Below are positions 38,154-47,854 of a DNA stretch of 64,000 bases, piece by piece (position 1 is the stretch's first letter; the number at the start of each line of letters is the position of its first letter). The DNA comes from Candidatus Omnitrophota bacterium (GTDB taxonomy: Bacteria > Omnitrophota > Gorgyraeia > B26-G9): positions 29,786 through 93,785 of the forward strand of contig JAZDHZ010000007.1 in the NCBI GenBank assembly GCA_043805415.1. Direction: 5' to 3'. Made by a program: the position numbers and the translations under genes. Under the pieces are notes generated by a model. That model worked only from the letters and a program-made list of their open reading frames with translations. It made no database searches and was not told the origin of the DNA.

Positions 38154-39620
38154 TTATTTTGCTCTAAAATATTTTATTTCCAATAAAAATCGCCGATAAG
38201 CTTTTACAATAAACCCGGCAAATCCATAACGTTTAAAAGTCTCGATAACCCACTTTAAAAAACTGCGCTGTTTTATTTTTTTCTTTAAATATAAATGATC
38301 GCGGATAAGCAAAGCCTGCTGTTTTATTTTTTCTATCTGTCCATGATTATAGCTTGGATAGCTTATCATTGCAAAATTTCCGCCATCATAATCACAAAAA
38401 ACCGCTTTCTCGCGCAACAAATTATTCTCTAAGGCGGTGTTATAAAAAGGAGTTCCCGGCTGGGGAGTACAAATAGAAAGCTGCAATCCGTCTAAAAGAT
38501 CCTGTTTTATCAGATCTTCCATAAACTGAATTGTTTTAGTATCTTCAGCATAATCAGACCCTAAGGCTCCAAAAGTAAATGTTCCGTAAGTTCTTAAGCC
38601 GATCTTTTTAGCTGATAATAATGTGTCTTGAATATGGGTTAAATTCATTGGTTTATTTATCGCCCGCATAACCTTTGCGCTTGCAGTCTCAATCCCGATT
38701 CTTATCTTATAATATCCGGCTTTTTTCATTGCCAGCAGCACTGGTTCATCTAAGAACCGCACATCACACATCGCTTCATAATGCAGAGTATTCAGCCCGG
38801 CGTTTATAATCGCCTTACTTAATTGCAAAATAAATTCTCTATTGCCGTTATGGACTTCTTCATCAAAGAAAACCCCCTGCATTTGAGGATATTTTTCTTT
38901 CAGATAGGCGATCTCTTTAACAAGATCATCCACATTACGGCCGCGCCAATTAGCGCGATTATAGTAAACATGCCGGGCAACGCAAAAATTACACGCTCCC
39001 GGACAGCCGCGCGACGCGTACATTTGAATTTCACGGAATTCGGAACTAGGCTCACCAGGAACAGCATAATCCAGCCTGCTGACATCCTCATCTTCTGGCC
39101 AAGGCAGCGCATTTATATCAAGTAATGGTCTTCTTTGATTTGGATAAACCCCTAATATCATCGCTTGATCAGGGTTTTGGATCAATTCTAATACCGAATA
39201 TTCATATTCACCGATGCAGACATTATCCACTCCCTGCTCAATAAGCTGCTGGGGAAAAGCAGTAGCATGCTGTCCGACAAAGATAATCCGGCTGGCACAG
39301 TCCTTTTTAATGTCTAAAGCTAAAGCCAGATTTTCATCAATCATCCGCGTAGCGCTTTCAAGTATTAAAATATCCGGTTTTAAGCTTTTAATAAGTTCCG
39401 AATAATGGGCTCGATCCATTTTCAGCAAACAGCCGTCAATAAATTTCACCTCATGCTTAGTTTCTTTTTTTAATAAGCTGGATAGATAAGCCAGCTCCCA
39501 GGGATAATAAGCAAACCAATGCGATTTATCTTTTACCCCCTCAGACCATCTGCTGGGCGAGTGGATTATATAGTATCCGTTTTTATCAATTCCAATTGAA
39601 TTAGCGATAACTATCTTCAT
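38154..39620 (-). CDS. B12-binding-domain radical SAM protein (HpnJ-like N-terminus)
   Basis: PSRWS..YYPWELAY, IGEYE, ASRGCPGACNFC, IGIET and TPQPGT motifs. Confidence 0.9.
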   Translation of the reverse strand: MKIVIANSIGIDKNGYYIIHSPSRWSEGVKDKSHWFAYYPWELAYLSSLLKKETKHEVKFIDGCLLKMDRAHYSELIKSLKPDILILESATRMIDENLALALDIKKDCASRIIFVGQHATAFPQQLIEQGVDNVCIGEYEYSVLELIQNPDQAMILGVYPNQRRPLLDINALPWPEDEDVSRLDYAVPGEPSSEFREIQMYASRGCPGACNFCVARHVYYNRANWRGRNVDDLVKEIAYLKEKYPQMQGVFFDEEVHNGNREFILQLSKAIINAGLNTLHYEAMCDVRFLDEPVLLAMKKAGYYKIRIGIETASAKVMRAINKPMNLTHIQDTLLSAKKIGLRTYGTFTFGALGSDYAEDTKTIQFMEDLIKQDLLDGLQLSICTPQPGTPFYNTALENNLLREKAVFCDYDGGNFAMISYPSYNHGQIEKIKQQALLIRDHLYLKKKIKQRSFLKWVIETFKRYGFAGFIVKAYRRFLLEIKYFRAK

Positions 39621-40708
39621 ATCAGCCTGATTACTTTCAATAAATCCTTTGCGGTTTTTTCCAGAGAGTACTTTTCCAATACAGTTTTTCTTGCTTTTTT
39701 ACCCATAGCCTGTCTAAGATTCTTATCTTTGCACAGCAAAAGCAGTTTATTCACAAAATCATCTTTAGTTACTGCCAGCATCCCATTCTCACCATCAATA
39801 ATAATTCTTCGCGCTTCCGCGAAACAACTGGCAACAAAGGGTTTTTCCATCGCCATATACTCAAACATCCGCGTCGGACTCTTAGCTTTGTTAAATTTAG
39901 TATCCTGAATTAGCGGCATTATTCCAATATCTATCTGATTAAGATATTCCGGAATATCTTCCGGAGCCATCCAATCCTTAATTATTATCAAATCGCTGTT
40001 TAGCTGTTCCACTTTCCGCTTAACTTCGGAAACATAAACTCCATCCCCAAGTATCTCCAGTTTAATTCCGCTGACTTTATTCCTTAATATCTGAAAACAA
40101 TCAATTAAAAAATAGAGGTTTTCTAAATTATCCTTGCGATGCATGGTTCCAATCCAGGACAAGACAAGGCCGTGTTTTTCAATTAGCTGCTTTTCCGGCT
40201 TAAATATCTCTGTATCCACCGCAGTAGGAGCATAAATAACATTCTGATTATACGAAAGCAAAAAATCTTCTAAAAATTTACTCGCGCCAAGACATAAACA
40301 ACTCTTCCGGGCAATAAAACTCATCGCGGCATATGCCAGAGATTTAGGGAATCTTCCAAAATAATATTCTATATTTTCCCTTGCCTCCCAATCATCTAAA
40401 TCAAAAATCAGCTTTCTGTTTCTCAATAAGCTTACCAGTAAAGGAGCCAGGGAATGATAATTACAACGCTGCAAAAATAAGACAGCATCTTTATCCCATA
40501 GATATTTAAAAGCCTTTAGATTATAGACCATCTTATCAGCCAGAGACATTTTTGATTCCTCTTTACCGCTTTTTGCCCCTAAATTATCGGCAAAAGAAAA
40601 TATCTCTGTTTCAATACCCGCTTGATTTAAATACTTGGCAAATCCGTAACAGCGCACTCTTACTGCCGGCATTTGTTTACTTTCTCTGGTTATAAATATT
40701 ATTTTCAT
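39617..40708 (-). CDS. Glycosyltransferase family 4
   Basis: FDLDDW, DIGIMPL and KSPTRMFEYMAMEKP motifs. Confidence 0.9.
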   Translation of the reverse strand: MKIIFITRESKQMPAVRVRCYGFAKYLNQAGIETEIFSFADNLGAKSGKEESKMSLADKMVYNLKAFKYLWDKDAVLFLQRCNYHSLAPLLVSLLRNRKLIFDLDDWEARENIEYYFGRFPKSLAYAAMSFIARKSCLCLGASKFLEDFLLSYNQNVIYAPTAVDTEIFKPEKQLIEKHGLVLSWIGTMHRKDNLENLYFLIDCFQILRNKVSGIKLEILGDGVYVSEVKRKVEQLNSDLIIIKDWMAPEDIPEYLNQIDIGIMPLIQDTKFNKAKSPTRMFEYMAMEKPFVASCFAEARRIIIDGENGMLAVTKDDFVNKLLLLCKDKNLRQAMGKKARKTVLEKYSLEKTAKDLLKVIRLI

Positions 40709-40714
40709 CTGATT

Positions 40715-42112
40715 TTATTTTATTCTTTGAAAAATTAAATACCCTTTTAGCGTCTTTATTTTATCCCATTTTTCAAAATCAATATTCATCTCGGAAGATA
40801 AAGGTAAAACCAGGTATTGCTGTTTATTTTTCGGTTCAATATCGGCAAACTCTTTGGGTAAATAGCAAAAATTCAACTGCGGCAATCCGCTTTCCATGGC
40901 AATAAAACTATGAAAGCCGGCAGCTTGTTTTTGAATATAAATCAAAGAATCAGCACTTGCGTTTTTCTGCAGCCAAAAGCTAGCTTCTTTAACCAAAACC
41001 GGGACTTCAGGTCTTTGAAAAAATCCTGCCTGCAATGATAGTAAGCAGATGATAACTGTCGCCAGCAACGCGTATATTTTGCGTTTTAAGTTCAGCGCTT
41101 TTAATCCGGCAATAAGGCCCCTGACTAAATAAGGAATAAGCAGGGCCGCGACAAAAAGCGATCCTTGCTCCAGAATTAATATTTCCTTGCGAAAAACATT
41201 CAAGCTAAGCAAAAATACTATAGAAATTACGCATAAAAGATATCCCAAATCCTTTCTCTTTTTCACAGCGGAAAATATCCCGATTAAACCCAGGAAAAAT
41301 ATCCGGGACTCAGGCTTTAAGAATAAACCCGCTAATATCTGCCGCATGGTTTTGCCGACTAAAAACAGAAAAGTATATAAACTATCCGCTTCGTGAAAAT
41401 TTTTATACCACAACCAACCCGGTCCATATTGTTTATCAACAAGAAAATTCCAAAATAACGGAAAGATACAACTTATCGCTAAAAAGAGAAAACTGTTTAG
41501 CAGCTTCTGCTTGAGACTTTTTTCCTGCTTCAAAAGAATATAGATAATTATCCCTGGAGCTGTCAGCCAGGCCAGATAACTATAGCCGCAAGCAATCAGG
41601 CAAAAAACAGCCCCCAGTAAATATTTTTGCTCAAACACCATCCACAAGCACAAGAATAAAAATCCTATCGCGATAACCTCAGGCATAGTCACAACACTCA
41701 TTATTATATGCTGATAATAACTATACAGCAAAACTCCGGAGAGTAACGCGATTTTACTGTTAAATATTTTTTTTACTAAATAGTAATAGGGGATTAATGA
41801 AAGACTGGAAGCAGCCGCGATGAAAAATCTGGCACTAACTATCTGCTCCGAACCAAGCTTAACCGCCCCGGCAAGACTATATAAAAAAAGCGGTAATTGC
41901 TGATAAAAAATATTCTGGAGAAAAGCCGGTTTAGTTAATATATGCAAAGCAGTAGTGATATTCAGCATCGGCTCTGGGCCATAAAAATTATCCGAGCTAA
42001 GCAAAAAAGCAAACCGGATAAGATAAGCATCGATAAATAAACAAATCGCTACGACCAGATGGTTTTTTAATAATAAGGCGTAAATGGAATTATATTGTGG
42101 TTTTTGATTCAT
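40715..42112 (-). CDS. ArnT-like GT-C membrane transferase
   Basis: Multi-TM; SSDNFYG loop after TM1; divergent paralogue of 43330 and 44831. Confidence 0.75.
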   Translation of the reverse strand: MNQKPQYNSIYALLLKNHLVVAICLFIDAYLIRFAFLLSSDNFYGPEPMLNITTALHILTKPAFLQNIFYQQLPLFLYSLAGAVKLGSEQIVSARFFIAAASSLSLIPYYYLVKKIFNSKIALLSGVLLYSYYQHIIMSVVTMPEVIAIGFLFLCLWMVFEQKYLLGAVFCLIACGYSYLAWLTAPGIIIYILLKQEKSLKQKLLNSFLFLAISCIFPLFWNFLVDKQYGPGWLWYKNFHEADSLYTFLFLVGKTMRQILAGLFLKPESRIFFLGLIGIFSAVKKRKDLGYLLCVISIVFLLSLNVFRKEILILEQGSLFVAALLIPYLVRGLIAGLKALNLKRKIYALLATVIICLLSLQAGFFQRPEVPVLVKEASFWLQKNASADSLIYIQKQAAGFHSFIAMESGLPQLNFCYLPKEFADIEPKNKQQYLVLPLSSEMNIDFEKWDKIKTLKGYLIFQRIK

Positions 42113-43337
42113 AATATTTCTCGATTGATTTCGCGATCTTAACCATATCCTTCTCGGTTAAAGGTAAATACACCGGCAAATATACATTTTCCCGCTCCAG
42201 AATCAGACTGTTCGGACAAGCACTGGCATATGCGGCAAATTCCTTTAGATAAGCACATGCCTGCACAAATCCCGGACTGATATCAATGCCTTGATCAAAT
42301 AAAAACTTAATCAGTTCTTGTCTATCAGCAACGCGGATTACATAGTTAAGATAAATATTTTTTATATTTTCCCGGCTATTAAAAATTCCAATTTGTTTAA
42401 TTATTGATAATTTTTCATTTAACACCTTGGCATTGTTTATCTTCTGCTGATTTAATTCATCCAGATCTTTAATCCGCAGCAGCCCCAAACTTGCCTGTGC
42501 CGGAGAAAATGAAACATTAAACTTATTTAAATCGGTTTTATTTAATGACTTTACTTTAAGAGTTTGCTTAATATTTTTATCGCGATACCTGCCCATCAGT
42601 CTTAATCCCGGGTATCCCAGCCAAGAAAAGATAAAGGGTTTTGTAAAAAAAGCCAGCAGGCCCGCGATAAAAAATCTTTTTATCAGTTCTCTTTTAGAAA
42701 TCGGTTTAAATTCACTGACAAGTTGTCTTATCTTGGCAGCCAGATTATGATCATCAGTAACAATCATCGAACCGCCCAAAGTGTTTAAATTCTTAAATAG
42801 ATTAAAACTAAAGTAAGCGATTTTACCAAAAGAGCCGATTTTTTTTCCCTTATACTCTGCCCCGCAGGCCTGGGCGGCATCTTCAATTACTCTGATGCCG
42901 TATTTTTTAGCGATGCTTATTATTGAATCTATCTCACAGGGATTACCATGGATATGAGTCATTAAAATAAATTTAGTCTTACAAGTGATTTTTTGCTCAA
43001 TTAATTCCGGGATCATATTCCCATCTTGTAAACTAATATCAACAAATACCGGTTTCAGCCCATTAGAGATAATAACATCAATTACCTCAGTTACCGTATA
43101 ACCGGGCACAATAATCTCATCGCCGGCTTGGGCTTTTAAAATTTTTAGCGATAAGCTTAAGGCTGTCTTCGCGCAGGAAACAGCAATTGCCTGTTTCCTC
43201 TGGATATACAAGGAAAACTGGTTTTCAAACTCAGCAAGCAGAACCTTACCCTGTTTATTACTTAGGAATAAAGCTCCCAGAAAAACCTTGGCATATTTTC
43301 CGGAAAAACTAATCCTTCCTCTGCAGATTTTAGTCAT
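42090..43337 (-). CDS. DegT/DnrJ/EryC1/StrS PLP-dependent sugar aminotransferase
   Basis: GDEIIVP, PVFVD, IEDAAQACG and FSFNLFKNL (PLP lysine) motifs. Confidence 0.92.
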   Translation of the reverse strand: MTKICRGRISFSGKYAKVFLGALFLSNKQGKVLLAEFENQFSLYIQRKQAIAVSCAKTALSLSLKILKAQAGDEIIVPGYTVTEVIDVIISNGLKPVFVDISLQDGNMIPELIEQKITCKTKFILMTHIHGNPCEIDSIISIAKKYGIRVIEDAAQACGAEYKGKKIGSFGKIAYFSFNLFKNLNTLGGSMIVTDDHNLAAKIRQLVSEFKPISKRELIKRFFIAGLLAFFTKPFIFSWLGYPGLRLMGRYRDKNIKQTLKVKSLNKTDLNKFNVSFSPAQASLGLLRIKDLDELNQQKINNAKVLNEKLSIIKQIGIFNSRENIKNIYLNYVIRVADRQELIKFLFDQGIDISPGFVQACAYLKEFAAYASACPNSLILERENVYLPVYLPLTEKDMVKIAKSIEKYYESKTTI

Positions 43338-44847
43338 TGTTTTTCACTTTCTGAATATCATATATAAAATACGGAGCGCTCTTATATTTCAGGATAAATA
43401 AAAAACCCTGTCTTTGCTGCGGCGCGTTTTGCGCGTTTAAATTTAAAACAGTTTTTAACTGCCCATAAGGAGAATACACCAGCGTCGTTATGTTTTCCTC
43501 TCTAAGCGCTTGAAAAAACTTATTCTCATCCAGCGCGTACTCATTTTTTTCATTAATAATCTGGGGGATTAAAACAAAGCGAAGCGGATTAATCCTGCTT
43601 AGTACCTTTATCGGCTCTCGATATTTTTCATCTCCGCAATGGTCGATCATAATATTTTCCAGGGAATTTGAATTGGTTTCCAGAAATAAAGCCGTGTTTT
43701 TAGCAAACACAGGCAAATATAATGGACTGGCCAAAATCAGCTCTCCTATAGGAATAATCATGGTCCATAACAGAATCAGGACTATCCATTTTGGGATTTT
43801 TCGATTAAGCTGCTCAAGGACTTTAATAAATAAATAGACGCTAAACGGAATCAAAATTAATCCCAAGGTTATTCCATAACGCGGCTGCAAGTAAAGAGTT
43901 TCCCGCAAAGTATTAAGCACAAAAACCGAAAAAAACATTATAAATATTGCCGAAAGTTCTTTTATTCTGCCTTTTAATCCAGAGTATAAAACTCCTGCCA
44001 GACCAAAAGCAAACACTCCTATCCCTAATGTTTGGATCAGAGATCTAGGCCAAAAAAGCAATTTGTAAGCAAAATCAATATTCCCTCCCTGCCCTCTGAT
44101 CCAATTAATCTGTTGGGGAACAATAAAATTATTGCTTGAAATAAACTCAAAAGCATTGCCAAATGCCGCATAATTAACCAGCAGCCAGATTCCGGGAAAA
44201 ATTAAAGCATGAATTGTGAATTCACTTAGCGCAAGCTTGTTTTTCCGCAAAAAAACAATGTAAAAAGGAATTAAGAGCAAGCCTTCATAACGGCACATGC
44301 CGGCCATGCCTACGCATAGCCCAAGGAGAATTAATAAATATCTTTCTGCTTTTTGCTTAAATAATTCATAAACATAAAGACTGAGAAATAAAAAGAAATG
44401 AAAACTTGTTTCTGATGTGGCAATAATACTATACACAATATGCGCTGAATACAAGCTAATCCCAAGTATGGAAAACAAAGCGATTTCCTGATCAAATACA
44501 CGCTTAAGATACAAATAAAACACGACAATAGTCATAATTCCAAAACCCAGACTAATAAGCCTCGGGATAAGCATAAACGAACCAAATAGCTTTATGCCGG
44601 CAATTAAAAATAATATGTGCGCCGGAGGATGCACCGGAGTCCAGAGCTTAATATTGGCTGGATTATTTATAATCATTAAAGCCTCTAAGATTTTTCCATT
44701 GGCAACTCCATGAAAATCAACAGTATGCGATAATATTCCCAACCGGAGAAGCAAAGCCCCTAGGATAATCGCGCCTGCCAATATATATTCCTTATATTGA
44801 AGAAGTGTTTTTTTTATTTGGTTTCTTGACTTAGTTTTTAACATCAT
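43330..44847 (-). CDS. ArnT-like GT-C membrane transferase
   Basis: DFHGVANGK, HPP, PRLISL, CRYEG and QPRYG motifs; multi-TM. Confidence 0.82.
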   Translation of the reverse strand: MMLKTKSRNQIKKTLLQYKEYILAGAIILGALLLRLGILSHTVDFHGVANGKILEALMIINNPANIKLWTPVHPPAHILFLIAGIKLFGSFMLIPRLISLGFGIMTIVVFYLYLKRVFDQEIALFSILGISLYSAHIVYSIIATSETSFHFFLFLSLYVYELFKQKAERYLLILLGLCVGMAGMCRYEGLLLIPFYIVFLRKNKLALSEFTIHALIFPGIWLLVNYAAFGNAFEFISSNNFIVPQQINWIRGQGGNIDFAYKLLFWPRSLIQTLGIGVFAFGLAGVLYSGLKGRIKELSAIFIMFFSVFVLNTLRETLYLQPRYGITLGLILIPFSVYLFIKVLEQLNRKIPKWIVLILLWTMIIPIGELILASPLYLPVFAKNTALFLETNSNSLENIMIDHCGDEKYREPIKVLSRINPLRFVLIPQIINEKNEYALDENKFFQALREENITTLVYSPYGQLKTVLNLNAQNAPQQRQGFLFILKYKSAPYFIYDIQKVKNND

Positions 44848-46240
44848 AAATCCTACAATCCCCTGAATTAAATACTTGCTTTAAATTATGCATTTTTCTT
44901 TGGGAAATTAAAACAACATACTTTAACCGTGCCCGGCCGAGAGGATCCATTAATTCCAAATGCCGAAAAAAATGGTTTTTACCAATAAACCGGTCTATAT
45001 CAGTATTTGTCTGCAGTTTTAGCGGGTCTTTATAATTATCCTCCTCCGAATCAATATAAACCGCATTATCCTCTTTTAGATTATCATGGAGAAATTCTCC
45101 TGCCTGCACCAGCCATATCGGAGTCTTCGGAAGCGATATCGCCGTTAAATAAGTTCCTCTTACCAGAACATATAAAACAAGGGCCGCGATAATCACCATC
45201 CGCTTGTTTCCTTTTATTTTGTTCAGCAGCTCAATTGCCGCCAAGGCAAAGAACGGAATAAACAGAATCGCTAAGCTAAGCCCGTAACGCGGCTGCATGG
45301 CCAGCTCTTCTTTTACGGTTTTCCAGGTAAAATAGCTTATGATGATTAAGAACAGGAATAAGATTCTTTTATTCTTCGCGTAAGCCCCCCGGACTAAACC
45401 GAATAAGCCAATAATAAAAATCGGCAGGCCGAAGAATTTAGCTAATTGGCCTGGCCAATAAACCAATTTTTCGCTAAATGTCACGCTTTGGCCTAAATTG
45501 CGCAAATAATCATATTCCGTATGTACTATAGAGTCACTGGCGGAAAGAAAAAATAAAAAATTGCCGCCGTAAACATAATTAAAAATCATCCAGATAACCG
45601 GCAGAATCGAGGCAATACTTATAAATAAAAATAGCTTTTTCGGCTGTTTAAGTAAAAATATTCCCGCGAACAATATAAACAGCCCTCCCTCAAAACGGCA
45701 CATGCTCGCTAAGCTGATTAAAATCGCCGCGTAAATCAAGCAATTATCCTGCTTGTTTTTTAAATATCGCTCCATAAAAAATAAGCCGCAAACTAAGAAA
45801 AATAAAAAACAAGCCTCAGCCGTGGAAAGAATACTATGGATAATATGCAGGGGAAAAAGCGCGATCAAAAAGCTGCTAATCAATGCGATTTTTTCATCAA
45901 AAGCCTGTTTGAGAAAATAGTAGTAAACCCCGACAAAACCAATACCGGCAAATAAACTAATCAACCGCGGCGCTAATAAAGGATCATTGAATAATTTAAA
46001 AACCAACGCAATAAGATAAATATGCACCGGCCCATGAGCCGGGATAATCCAGGATTCAAGATAATTCGGATGTTTAACTAAACTCTGCGCGCAAACAACC
46101 TTGCCCGCCGCGATTCCATGGAAATTATCTGAATTCAAAAGCGCGATAACCCGGATAAAAATAGTCAACAGCATAACCAGATAAAATAAATATTTCATTA
46201 TTTGGGTTTTATCAACATTTTTTAAATTGATTTCAATCAT
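44831..46240 (-). CDS. ArnT-like GT-C membrane transferase
   Basis: NFHGIAAGK, HGP, PRLISL, CRFEG and QPRYG motifs; tandem paralogue of 43330. Confidence 0.82.
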   Translation of the reverse strand: MIEINLKNVDKTQIMKYLFYLVMLLTIFIRVIALLNSDNFHGIAAGKVVCAQSLVKHPNYLESWIIPAHGPVHIYLIALVFKLFNDPLLAPRLISLFAGIGFVGVYYYFLKQAFDEKIALISSFLIALFPLHIIHSILSTAEACFLFFLVCGLFFMERYLKNKQDNCLIYAAILISLASMCRFEGGLFILFAGIFLLKQPKKLFLFISIASILPVIWMIFNYVYGGNFLFFLSASDSIVHTEYDYLRNLGQSVTFSEKLVYWPGQLAKFFGLPIFIIGLFGLVRGAYAKNKRILFLFLIIISYFTWKTVKEELAMQPRYGLSLAILFIPFFALAAIELLNKIKGNKRMVIIAALVLYVLVRGTYLTAISLPKTPIWLVQAGEFLHDNLKEDNAVYIDSEEDNYKDPLKLQTNTDIDRFIGKNHFFRHLELMDPLGRARLKYVVLISQRKMHNLKQVFNSGDCRIYDVKN

Positions 46241-46790
46241 TTTTAGGCCTCAAAAGCAAAGCAGTATAAGCAAATATGCTTTGGCTAAAACTAAAACTAT
46301 TTTCAATATAAAAATCCTCAAGAAAAAGCTTCGCGAATTCATCGCTATGGCGCACATAGTGGCCGCGGTCAAAGTACCTGATCAACCAACCCAGAACATT
46401 CAGCCTTGAATCAGGATAAACCCCGTCCGCAATAATTGCCCTGCCGTTTTTACTTAAAATTCGCTTTATCCGGACAATAAGCTGCTTTGCCTGTTTGGCA
46501 CTCAGATGATGAAAAAAGCTTACAGATAGAACATAATCAAAAAATCCATCCGGATAAGGCAAGCCCTGACATACATCCTGTAATTTATAAGTCCCATCCC
46601 TTCTTTCGGCAAGTTTTCTCAGTACATTCCTGTCCGCGTCTAAACCAATATAATTTTCCGGAGCGAATCCCCAGAAATTTCCGGTTTTCCCGCAGCCAAT
46701 ATCGAGAATTCTCGTTTTGCTTTTAATCTCCATATTTTTAAAAGCAAATCGGGTGATCTGGTCATAACACTTTTTTAGAAGAATTTTCAT
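46233..46790 (-). CDS. Class I SAM-dependent methyltransferase
   Basis: ILDIGCG, LPYPDGFFD and FFHHL motifs. Confidence 0.88.
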   Translation of the reverse strand: MKILLKKCYDQITRFAFKNMEIKSKTRILDIGCGKTGNFWGFAPENYIGLDADRNVLRKLAERRDGTYKLQDVCQGLPYPDGFFDYVLSVSFFHHLSAKQAKQLIVRIKRILSKNGRAIIADGVYPDSRLNVLGWLIRYFDRGHYVRHSDEFAKLFLEDFYIENSFSFSQSIFAYTALLLRPKND

Positions 46791-47854
46791 AATTTACAAC
46801 ACCGCACGCATCCCGGAAGAATCTTTTTGCTGAGAATCGCGGAAAACTCCCGGCGTTTTTGGTTTTGCCAAACATCAGACAGCTCTCCAGTTTTAATATT
46901 CCCCAGAATATAATCAGAAAAGAACTGACAAGGGATAATATCCCCATTAGCCTTGATAAATACAGAATGCCGCACAAACATACACTTGCGGTCAAAGTCA
47001 AAATTATTGGCAAACCATTTTTCCCGCTCCTTAGCCGTCAGGTAAGGCTTAAATATAATAAAATTTCCATATTTTTTCTTTAAACGCGAAACTTCTTTTT
47101 GCAGTTTGATCCCTATTCCCGGCTGATTAATGTCTTTGATATAGGTCGTCATTTCCGCTTCTTTTTCAGTTAACAGCCCATTGTCATCGCAGGCCGCTAG
47201 ATGCTGTTTATATTCATCCCGCGATAAAAAAATAAGCTGCTCAAATCTGACTCGATCAACACCTAATCTTTTGCCTTGGGCAATAATATCTTCTAAATCA
47301 TAATAATTATCCGGGGTGATCACGGAATTAAGCAATAAAGCGGCTTTTTTTCTATGGGCAACTGACAGTTCTATGGCTCTAGACAGCGCGGAATATGCTC
47401 CTTTTTTTCCGGTTTTAGCATCGTGGCCTAATTCATCTCCATGAACTGAAAAGATTACAACTTCCGGTTCAACATTAAAAAGTTTTTTAATTTTATCCTG
47501 ATCCAGCAATGTTCCATTAGTAACTAACCCATATTTTAAGTTGCACTGTTTAACCGCATGAAGAATTTCAAAAATATCTTTTCTGATAAACGGCTCTCCC
47601 CCTCCAAAAAAAACAGCGGGTTTATATCTTGCGATTTTCTTAATAAAACAAATAATATCTGCAGCCGGAAGCGCTTCGGCTTTATTCAGCATCGAATGGG
47701 CAGAGCAAATGCTACAGTCAAGATTGCAGTTATTTGTAATCAGAAAGTTTACAGTAACCGGGAATCTATTGCCCGCAGACAAAATTTGTCTTAGCGAAAA
47801 TAGACCGCGAAAGGCTAATAAATTATTTATTTGAGAATAAATACCGCGAAACAT
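46787..47854 (-). CDS. Radical SAM/SPASM(twitch) protein
   Basis: CNLDCSIC, GGGEPF; C...NGDIIPC...GCVRCC. Confidence 0.9.
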   Translation of the reverse strand: MFRGIYSQINNLLAFRGLFSLRQILSAGNRFPVTVNFLITNNCNLDCSICSAHSMLNKAEALPAADIICFIKKIARYKPAVFFGGGEPFIRKDIFEILHAVKQCNLKYGLVTNGTLLDQDKIKKLFNVEPEVVIFSVHGDELGHDAKTGKKGAYSALSRAIELSVAHRKKAALLLNSVITPDNYYDLEDIIAQGKRLGVDRVRFEQLIFLSRDEYKQHLAACDDNGLLTEKEAEMTTYIKDINQPGIGIKLQKEVSRLKKKYGNFIIFKPYLTAKEREKWFANNFDFDRKCMFVRHSVFIKANGDIIPCQFFSDYILGNIKTGELSDVWQNQKRREFSAILSKKILPGCVRCCKL

